Origin: Epithemia pelagica
Lineage: Eukaryota; Protista; Bacillariophyta
Reading direction: 5' to 3'
Length of the DNA stretch: 64,000 nt
NCBI GenBank assembly: GCA_946965045.2
Contig: OX337237.1
Coordinates: 1,178,001-1,242,000 of the forward strand
The notes below the pieces were generated by a model that was not told where the DNA came from, searched no databases, and was given only the letters and a program-made list of their open reading frames with translations. Positions 21,591 to 32,086 of this stretch are shown piece after piece. Position 1 is the first letter of the stretch; each line of letters begins with the position of its first letter. Position numbers and translations under genes: made by a program.

Positions 21591-24500
21591 TCGTCGTCTT
21601 CTTCTTGTTGTTGTTGTTGTTGTTGTTGCCGTGACGGCTGGAGATGGGGACAGATCTGATCTGTAGCGGTGGTTGTTGCTGGACGTTTGGCACAACAAAA
21701 GAGGGAGACGAGATGAGAGAGTTGTGTGTGCAATGGAGAAAATGTGACGAAAACCGAAAAAATGGTTGGAGAGAGACGCAAAACGATTTAAATTTAAATT
21801 TCGAAATTGGATGTAGAGGCGGTCTCTCCGGTGTCCGTAAGGTACGTTGGGGCAGTTGTCAACACAGGATGGAAATCTGGATTCCGGAATCCGGAAGCTG
21901 GGGGGGAATTTGTGTATTTCCTTGGGCCTTTTGTAAAATAGAGAGCAGACAAGTGTTATCAACCATGGGCAATCAAACATCGACGCCTACTACTCCTGCA
22001 GAAAAGCACTACCCCAGAATGCCATCCGATATGAAAGCAAGGGAGACTTTGTTCAAGCGATCAAGAGCACACAGACCGCCGAAACGATCTTGCTACAAAC
22101 TGACCCAGAATCTCTCGAAGTAGCCAAACTGTGGACATATCTCGGCAAACTCTACATGCGCCAAGGTGACTTGGACCAAGCCGTGGTATACTATAAGCGA
22201 TCCATGGCATTGCTGGAAGAACGGGATCCAGAATCTCCCCTCATGTCCACTACCTGGCAAAATATGGGTTGCATTTGTACAGAGCAGCATCAGAATGAAG
22301 AGGCGCTGGTTTGGTTGGAAAAGGCGCTGAAACTACAGCAAATGAATGAACCCGACTCTCTGAATCTGGCCTATACTCACCACAATATTGCTACTGTTTT
22401 GGAACGGTACCCACAACGGCAGGAAGAAATGATCCATCACATACTAAAAGCCATTGAAATCAAACAAGCAAAGGCACCAGACTCGGAATCGCTCGCCACG
22501 AGCTATATCATATTTGGAACTTACTGCGAAGCTCACATGCATATCCGTATTGCTCGAGAAGCCTAGGACATTGCTGATTGTCTCATCCCGTCAAGTAAAC
22601 CACTCTATGTTGACGTTTATCAATGCTTAGCCCTCGGATACCACAGAGAGGGCAACACACAAGATTTAGACAAGGCGATTCACTTTCTCAAGAAAGCACA
22701 GGCATTGGAACTTTCCATGTCACCCACATCGTTGAAGTGTGCTGAAATCCACACAAACTTGGCCGTGATCCTGGAGGACGCCGGAAGACTGGAAGAAGCT
22801 CGCGAAGCACGTGCAACTGCTGTAAGCATACAACTGGAAAAGGCACCTTCTCTACTTGAAGTTGGCAACAAGAACTGATTTCAGAGGCATGATTGACCAA
22901 TTTGATCCACTGCTCTGGGCTTTTGTCATTGCGCTGTAGGTGATCACCGTCGACGACGTCGTAATCGCCATTGTCATAATGTTAGAAAACAAAGCCAGCA
23001 TCAACTAAGGACTGCTGATCGGCATCAATATCGTGTCGAATAGCCGTCATTAGCGATTCATGGATAAGTCCTTTCAATTCCTCCATTTTGCTACGCGTTG
23101 CGCTCCAACAACGAAGGGGCGGATCATCTGGATCTGAACTCGATGCCTTTTTTTTGGGTTCAAATGCGGTTTTCAGTTTTTCCAAGAAAGCAGACCGAAT
23201 GCTATCCTGTTGTTTGTCATGGGTTGTCACAGTCGTCTTTTTATCAATCTGAACGATTCCGATGTACTGCGGCAACGACTGCAAAGTATTGTCCCAATAG
23301 GTCTTATCACTTGACTGCATTTTCCCTTTGGGACCGTTCTGGGGGGAAGGAACAGAATTGGGGTCCGATTTGCTTGGTGTTTTTTTGCGCTTGTGCTCCC
23401 GCTTTAGCTCGTTTTCTACATTTGGGTAGGTAAGACGATTGAATTGCATTGCCTGCAATTTTACAAATCCAAAGTAGGACAGAGATTCCTTTGGTTGCAG
23501 AAACCATAGCTGTGGTGTCGCACCATCGTCGACCGCCTTGCATGTTTTCACAAACTCAAGAATCATCCATTGCTTCACAGGGTGGTTTTTCTCAGCAACT
23601 GTCAGTTGAAGAGCCGCAATGGAAAACATTTCTCTCCTTTTGATCATGATGATGGCGTTAATCGCAGCAAAAGTCTCACTTGTGGCTTTCGCAAACACAG
23701 TAAACTCTTCCGTACTATGTGCATCCAACTTGGCCTTTGCCTTTTCCGAGAAATCCTGCATTGTCGTAAACTCGATGACTTCAATTTTGGATGCCGATTC
23801 CTGAAGCAGCACTTGAACAGAGGGCTTCATGTGATCCACGGGAAGCTCTGAACCGACGATGGTTATGTGCGCTTGATCGTTCCGCATATTCCTTGTTAGC
23901 AGAGGCTCCCAAATCCAGCCACCAACGCTGCGTGCCTTCGGCTGTGCAAGCAGGTCTTCCATTAGCTTCTGAAGTTTATCATCCGAACGGGACTCCTCCT
24001 TTTCCAGCAGCGATCGCCCGATGTATGGCGAGGGGATCTGGAGCTTGAACTTATTTCGGAATTTGTCTGTAGGGATCATGTGTCCAACAAGGCCGGGATA
24101 CAGTTTTTGCCCAACCACAGCGGAATTCCCCTCATTTGTTGGAGAAGAATCGTCCAAGACAGAAAGATGATTTACTAGCTTTTCCACTCCGTATATCGAA
24201 ATAGCTCCATCCACCAGCTCCTGCGCCTTCTCTGGATTTTGAAGGCAAAGGCGTGGGACACCTCCCACATAATAGAATGCGTCTTCCGCTTCGGTAACTG
24301 CTTCAGGGCTCTTGTTGGCTGCCATTTCTATTACCTCACGCTTGCTTGCTGAATCAATGTAACAAAAATTACCTTTAGTATCACTCCAATTTTGCTGTTG
24401 CCGAAGCCTGCTCCATCGTTCTTTGTTCGCTGAGCTTACAATGAGAAGGAAGCCGGGGGGGAAACTTCGAACACCTCCTCGGCTGAGATCCACAATGTGA

Positions 24501-25315
24501 AGGGTCTTATATTTGCTTCTCGGTTGGCCAGCCGCAATTTTGTTGCCGCTCCACGTGTAATGGACTTCCCAACCAAAAAGCTTTGCCATGAATAAACCAA
24601 TGATAGCACCAAGAATTGACTTGCCGGTTCCCTGGACTCCAGTTAGTACCATTGTGCTCTTTTTCCGGTCATCGTCTTGCTTTGCATTTGCGTACTCTTG
24701 ATGAGCTTTCTCAAAGAACGCAATCGTTGAGCAAAGAATGTAGGAATAACAGTGACGCCAATAAACTGAGCGGATTTCATAGTCAAACCATTCCATGCGC
24801 TTCACTTGGATGAACCGCTTCTCATTGACTTTCAAAAGCGAAATATCTTGATCAAAGAATACCTGCATCGCATTGATATCGTTATCCACAGTAGTCCTCT
24901 CTGAGGAGGGGCGTCGCTAGCCGCAGAGGGTAGAATGAGGATGTTGTGTGACAAAAAACAACGAGACACAGAAAATCCATCTAGAACTACCAAAAGATAC
25001 GCATACAAACTCACCTGCTGGATTTAATGAAAGGATGTGCAAGAGTAATGAAAGATAAGGTCGGCAATCAAAGGGAAATTGATGGAAAAGACGGTTGGTT
25101 GTGACGCATGGAACAAATTATGAGTGAGTTTCAATGGCTTTTCAAATTGGGAACAAAGAAAACAAAACATAGTTGTTGCTGTGGCATTGTAGCTGAATAC
25201 CAGCCGGCCCAGATAATTGATGAAATAGGCAAAATGACAAGAATCGCAAAATCGAATACAGATACACAATCACAAATTCACACTCACTGCTGCCATTGCC
25301 GGACCCAGCGTGTAC
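19129..25315. repeat. Segmental duplication arm A2, paralog of 1-6168
   Basis: Direct alignment with window start. Confidence 0.97.
21965..22878 (+). pseudogene. TPR-repeat protein, copy 2 (premature TAG at 22564-22566 plus the shared A4 frameshift)
   Basis: AAG in copy 1 (3417-3419) is TAG here; otherwise nearly identical. Confidence 0.85.
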
Positions 25316-25470
25316 GTGCGGCCAGGGACGAGGGATCCAAAGTCAACTATTCCTGTGCCTTCGCTATCTCGTAGGAACTTTACGCCCTCAACTTTTAAAT
25401 AGTCCCTATATCCCTGCTGACTGGAGACGCTCAACTTCTCGCCATTGACAACAATTTGTATGGGCATCAT
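22982..25470 (-). CDS. Crinkler/RHS-type NTPase + nuclease, copy 2; exons 25470-25288, 25017-25015, 24916-22982
   Basis: Same body as copy 1, with AINA instead of AIDA (23659). 61-codon header exon MMPIQ..RTYTLGPAMAA ends at a GTGAGT donor. All junctions are phase 0. Confidence 0.8.
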
Positions 25471-25556
25471 GGTTTGTGGTGCTTAAATTGCTTTTACTGA
25501 AAAGCTCATCGCTTTATCATGGGCACTTTTTGGTGCGGGCACGGAAATTGGGACTC

Positions 25557-28500
25557 TCCCCGACTTTAGTGGGGGGATAAGGCAGGGGAGGGGGAAAGGA
25601 AGGGGAAAGGAAAGGGGAGGGAAATATCACAAATCACAACAGGGCAACGACAACGACGATAACGACGATAACGGCAATAACTTTCCCAACGGACACACCT
25701 ACTGCCTCTACAATCCCCTCCCTGCCCAAACCAACCATGGTCCCCCGTCCCCCCGGCGACGCGCTTCCGGGCAGCACCGCCGTGGCAGAAAGTCCGCAAG
25801 AAATCTGCCACGACTGACTCGCAGTGCTACGCGTCTAGCCGCATCCTTTCCGGTTTGACCGCCGAGCGACCCAACTTTCCGCCAATCCCCCAAACCCAAA
25901 CTGCAACCACAATGACCATCCTTCCTTTACAACGAAAAAAATCCAACGGAAAAGGTCTCATTGCAAAAAAAGCAGCCGTACCAGCGACCATGGCGTCGCG
26001 ATCTCTCATCAACGTACCCGGACAACCGATGTCAAACCCAACGAACCACCCATACTGCCCCCAGACAGAACAACAACCACTGGTGTCAGAAGCTTTGCAA
26101 GACAGCCATGACACCAACATAGGACCTACAGCCAAACCTACTACGGCCACGACGTCAACGACACAGCGCTATCACGAACGAGAAACCGTAACCACACCGG
26201 CCGCCAGGAGAGCGCATAAAACAGAAAGCGAACAAACAATCACTTCCCTTTCACCAAAATAACCCAGTCCATCAGTTGAAACGACCACCATGCCAGGAAC
26301 AAAACCGCCGCCAGGCGAGACCTCACCGAGGAACGACAGTCCAACCGACAACGCGGACAACAGCAACGAAACCGAGAACAACACTGCCAACCAAGACAAC
26401 ACCCAAGACGGCTGGGTCTTGCTCCGCCCGAAGACTCGTACAGCAAATCCATACGCTTTTTCCCCGACGAGAAACAAACCTGCTCCAGCCCACCTGGTCT
26501 ATGCCAACGCCTATATGCACCACGAATCCAAACAGGCTGAAGCCCGACGCCCACCAGTCACAGCGAACTCCCTCCATGACATTCTTCAAGCGGCCCTGAA
26601 CCTTCACAAACAAAGGCAAGGCAAACATCCCCTGGCAATCGCCATTCACCATATTGTCTTTGTGGAGACGAAAAAACCAAAGAAGAAACAAGGCAACCAC
26701 ACGAGTATCTACCTCGTCAGCTTCAAACCGGCGCAATCCAACGAGCAGTTCGATCTCGAACTTTTCTGGGAACAGGCTATCCGTTTCATTGTCCAAAAGT
26801 GGCACCAGCACACCCTCAGTGACTTCCAAGAAGACGGTAACGGTGACGAAATCGTCCTCCGCCCCAATCAAGTGCTCAACCAGCTCAACAAGGCTACGGC
26901 AACAACACACACGCGAGCAAGTCAACTCACCCTCTACTTGCCGGCGTGCAATCACCCGAATGCAAAGGCTATGGGTTTCGTGGGCGGAATCCCCGCCGTT
27001 GCCCAAACGCGGACAAATCAACCTCCAAGAAGCACGCTTTGCGACAGCTACGAGTTCAAGAACCATGTGGGGTTCAGAGACGGTACATTCACCGGGAAGA
27101 TGGAAAACGGCACCCCTGGAGTAGCACCAGTGATTCAAATTGCAACATCATCACCAACGGTCTTCCAAAAGATCCTTCATTCAGCAACACTGTTTGCCAC
27201 CGCCACACCTGATCGAGTCCAAGACTTCACTTGGTACGGGAGCGAGTTTCAGATCATGCCTTTCCCCCACAACGACGATGACGCCACAAGGACGCAAAAC
27301 CTAATCGATGTTCGTAACATCGACCAATATTTCTGCATGAAATGTGTGTTCATCCACATCCGGGCCGTCCACCCGCCACCGGAACTGGAACATTGGAACA
27401 AGCTATACGAGCTTCCAACCTTTGAAGGCATTTTTCCTACATTTGTAGGACACTACGCCGAGCCAGTGGGTTACGACCTCTACCTACAAAATGCACCAGA
27501 TACCTTCACTCTGGATGCCGAGAAACTCCGCCACTACCCGGGTTTCCCGATTGAACTCCTCCCACCACCTGTTGCCGCGGCACCACAACAACTACAGCCA
27601 CAACAAAATGGCAATGTCCCCGTCAGGCAACAAAACGTTAGAAGCCATGCACAACGTTTTCACCGCCTGGCCGAACGTATCACACGGCGCCATACGGCTC
27701 AAACAACAACAGCCACGGACCAACCATCTCGGCCAACGCCCACAGCGGTCTCTCCAGAGCAAAGCCCACGGAAACGAGCGGCAGTGGAACAATCTCCCAC
27801 CCAACCGATGGAAACCGAAGTCCACTCCACGCCAACAAGCCCTACAGGCAACACAACGCCTTCGGGCAACCGTTTTACAGCACTCCAACAGACCGAACAT
27901 CACGATTCCGATAGTTCGGCGACGATGGACGAAAAAGACTTTGAACAAACAACAAATACTCCGGCTGAGCTCGTTGCCCTGTTGCAACAATATCACATTA
28001 CAACGGCAACACACTCACAGAGTACCTACGAGGAAATGCTCACTTTGGCGACACACGTCTACAAACAAGACAGCGCTAAAACGGCAACGCTCTTGGAGCA
28101 TCTCCAGCCTATTCGGTCCTTTCGGGAAGAGGACAAACAAGATGCCTGGGACTACGCCACAGAACTTCTCAACAGTGTAATGGCAAGGACGGATCGCAAC
28201 TCACCCGACTCTAAGAGGCCCCCACAGCGGGGCCATGGCGCTTAGAAGTCCCATGAGTCATAGATCCTTCCCCCGCCACTGCCCCGTTCCGAATTGCCCG
28301 TGGACCCTAGCAACACCCCAACCCAACCACCCCCGACGACACCTATGTAACCACCTCAAAAACGACCATCCGAGTATCCCTACGAACGACTACTTAACCA
28401 CCGCCTTTTGCACACAAACAAACATCTACCCGTGCCGACAATGCAACACCCCAGATCGCATCTACCACGACAACGCCCACCTCAAAGCCCATACAAACGA

Positions 28501-31500
28501 CAAACATTCTCGGGAGAAAACAAATCTACAATTAGTAACGACAACACTATGTAATCTACCTTGTGAGTTTCACTCGGCCTGGTCCCATTCTCTAGAATTT
28601 CTATACAACTGGGACCCCACCCCACCACCGTTCAGGGCAACTATATGGCATGCCCTTTCCCCCCAAGCCAAAACAGAATACCACAACATTTTAGGTAGGG
28701 TAACCACGTGGACGATCGAAGCATCACAACCAATTACGGCCAAGCACCACAAAGACCAACAAACCAGCCCACCCCTTAGAGACGCAACCCCGTTCTGGAA
28801 GCTTTTGTTAATCCTGGAACCGCTGCTTTTAGCACCCTTTAACAACGAAGACTTTGATTCCCCACACAAAGCCTTACGGGCACGCATTGGCCAGTTCAAA
28901 CTAGGCAGAATCCAGGAACTCCAACTCCAGACACAACCAACACCACGATCGACCCAGCAAAAACCATCCAACATGCGTCAAAAGCCGCAGAGTTAGATAA
29001 CTTTTCGACGGCTTTCAAACGGTTAACCGAATCATTGCCACAAGCAAAACTTACAAAACCCACCATCAAAGCAATTAAAGCCAAATTGTTTTCACCACCG
29101 GTGCCATCGCCAACAACCAGTTTACGACGGTCCGCCCGAAACCAGGACACCCAAACAGACCCCCAACAAGTTCCCGTCCAAATCGGACCGAGCGACCTTG
29201 TCCAGACTCTTCACCGTCTCAAACGCGGTACGGCCGCCGGACCCTTTGCATCGTGCATTGATGCAATAGCATCTTTTGGCCTCCACCATCGGACCAGCAA
29301 CAACAAGTCAACAAGACCCCAAATCAAGAAATTATGCACCCTCATCAACCTCATACTGGCCGGGAAGATCCCTCCTGCAATCCAACCCCATATCTCTGCA
29401 TGCTATTTCCTTGCTCTCCACAAGGATCCCCAGGACTCCTCCAAACTCTGCCCCATAGGCATTGACACTGCCTTACGACGAGTGGCAGCATCGGCAGCTC
29501 TACATGCCACAGCACCCCAACTAACCTCTTACCTCCCAGTTCTCGGACAATTCGGCATTCAAACGCCTGGCGGCATAGACTTCGCTATACAAACGACAGT
29601 CTGCCAACTCCACAAATACGTGGAAACCAACGTCACTCCAACCCGGGCCTTGCTCCTGTTGGATATCACCAACATCCAACAACATGTTCAATGCAACATC
29701 AAGAGCACACTGCCGAACACTCCTCCAAGCCAACCCAGCCACCAACGCCTTGATCCCTCTCTTCGACATGTTGCACGGCCAGCCCGTGTCCCAATGGTAC
29801 TATGACAAAACTCGTCATCCACAACACTTTGCCCAGCGGGAAGGCTTCCCACAAGGGTGCCCTTTGAGTCCACTTTTTGCATGCATGGTTCTAGGGGACC
29901 TGGTTACCAAACTAAAGAACGAGCTGTTAGAACGGGCAAAAACAAGAATGGCAACAGGTATCACCGGCGACGACAACAGAGGCCTCGAAGCCCACACCAC
30001 GTCCATCATGGACGACACATCAATATGTCTTGCTCATATTGACTTACCATGGTTCATCTGCCGGTTTCAAGAACTCGGCGGTCCCATGGGCATTCATCTC
30101 AGTTGCACCAAGACCAAGATACTGACATCCACCACCGGAGAATCACCCATAACGACCCTTGCACCACAAGCAGCGGCAGCACTCACAGAGGCTCTTGGTC
30201 TCTTGGCTCCCTCCAACCCCACTTCGGCCGAACTCACCGTGGGAACCAGATTTCTCGGATACCCGCTCGGACAGCCACAATTTGCCCAACAATTCATCAA
30301 GGACACGATTGCCGAGCTCAAAGCGAATACGGACGCGATATTGCAACTCCCCAACGTCCAAACGCAAGCCATCATGTACCGCCTCTCCATAGCGAATTCC
30401 ATCAACCACTTGTTGTGTTCGGACATCCTCACCTCTCCGTCGCCCGACTCTGACGACTCCTATTGGATCAGTGATACCACCAAGCAACTCGACAAACTCC
30501 ACAAATATTTCATCAAAAAGCTTTTGCAGTCCACCAACGACATTCCCGACTATGCCCTCCACATAGCCACCATCCCAGACAGATTTGGGGGTCTTGGTAT
30601 TTCCAGTCCTCATACAACAGCCAAGGCAGCATTTGTTGGATCTACGGTTCGATCAATCCAACTCTGCAATGAACAACACGGCGTCATCCTCAACAACTAC
30701 CACAAACGAATCTTTCAAGACTGGGAAACCAGCCCCCTCCCATCGCTTCCAGCTTGCACCAATGCGATATAAATCTTGACAGCCCACTCCGAGAAACCCC
30801 CCAATTGCAACGAACACTCACCGACCAAACATTACAGCGTCACGGCTTTGACCGGTTGATTGTTGCAACTCCAGACCACCTCAAGCCGAGTCTCCCCGCG
30901 GCATTAACGCCGTACATCAGCAAGGCCCTTCATCAACCCAGACGCTCTGCGCCCTTCCATGTCCCCGATGCCATTTACCGTACCACGGTTATGCGAAAAT
31001 TACGACTCCCCTTACTGGCCACAGCGGCACACCAAGTCTACCTTTGCCAAAAAGACCACCCCCTAGACCCATACGGCGATCACTTTTTCTGTTGCTCCAA
31101 AAGTCCAAAGACGCATGCATCCAACACCGTAGGATGCGCTGTTTACTGTCCTGCAAGAAATGGCCCCCCATTGCAAACACGTGAGATCTCAGGATGATAT
31201 CCACATCGAGCTGCTCAATCTCTTACCGGCACACCCTTCCAACATACGGCCGGCCAATGTCGGCATCCAACTCAACCCGGCAGCCAACAAACACGGACTG
31301 AAATACATCGCAATTGATGTAACCATCCCTCCTCCACCTGTCCCACATCCAGCTTCCTCCACTGACCTGTCCGATCTTCAAAACTTGGCTGACTACGCCA
31401 GTAGGACACATCGGCTGGCTGCCCGTGGAAAGCTCATCAAGGACCCCATCGCAGCATCCCTCATGAACCAAGACAAGATGATCCTCGTACCCTTCACTGT

Positions 31501-32030
31501 CGATCACCTTGGTGGACTCGGATCCTTTGCCACCCAGTTGCTTTTCGGAAAACCCGCCTACCCCGGTCCCCATACACCGCCTCAATGGGACGACCACTTT
31601 TTCGGCATGTGTTCATCTCGCGCGTCACCCAAGCCAGAGGCATTTGAACTTTTCCAAGCCTTTCAACACTGTCCGACGAACTTGACGGCTGTCCCTTCTG
31701 ATTTCGAACCCTTGTCCTCCAAAACCTTAGACCCCCATCCCCAGCCCACGGCCTTTCTCCCCATTTCTACGTTCTCCAAAATTGCTCTCGGCCACGCCAT
31801 TCTCACTGCCCTGGCCACCCACATCCACCAACAACAGGCCCTCCATGATGCCCACTCGATGCAAAAACGACAACACCGATATCGATCTTCTTTATATGCA
31901 TCTTTTCTTCCCCCCAAACCCTCCTACGTCCCCCCACCATATACTCCCTATTGGTTGTGTGACTCAACTCCTTTGCCACACCCCCCGTGCGTCACTCCTT
32001 AACACGCACGGTAGTCTAGATTAACATTAC
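25557..32030 (+). mobile_element. CRE-clade (RLE-type) non-LTR retrotransposon, copy 2: ORF1 ~25912-28245 and fragmented ORF2 28235-32002 (ends approximate)
   Basis: ORF2: two C2H2 fingers, RT (LCPIGI, GQFGIQTPGGID, QGCPLSP, IMDD, FLGYPLG, GGLG), then CxC..DPYGDH..C..H knuckle, RPAN and IAIDVT of the RLE. Four frameshifts. Confidence 0.9.
25571..25621 (+). other. Purine tract with six G-runs (potential G-quadruplex) at the 5' end of the retroelement
   Basis: G6, G4, G5, G4, G4, G3 runs separated by 1-8 nt loops. Confidence 0.5.
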
Positions 32031-32086
32031 TCTACATTACACAATTTCTCCAAACTTTTTTCCATATCCCACAATCCCATCCGACC

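Noticed and set aside
21591-21980. 130-aa N-terminal extension of the helicase ORF
   Set aside because: It spans the divergent promoter and overlaps the TPR ATG. The DBP7-like acidic start (MDAEDDAFVLN) is downstream.
28955-28970. Programmed -1 frameshift at CAA AAA C in retroelement ORF2
   Set aside because: Not a canonical slippery heptamer. Three other shared frameshifts and RPAD-to-RPAN show simple decay.
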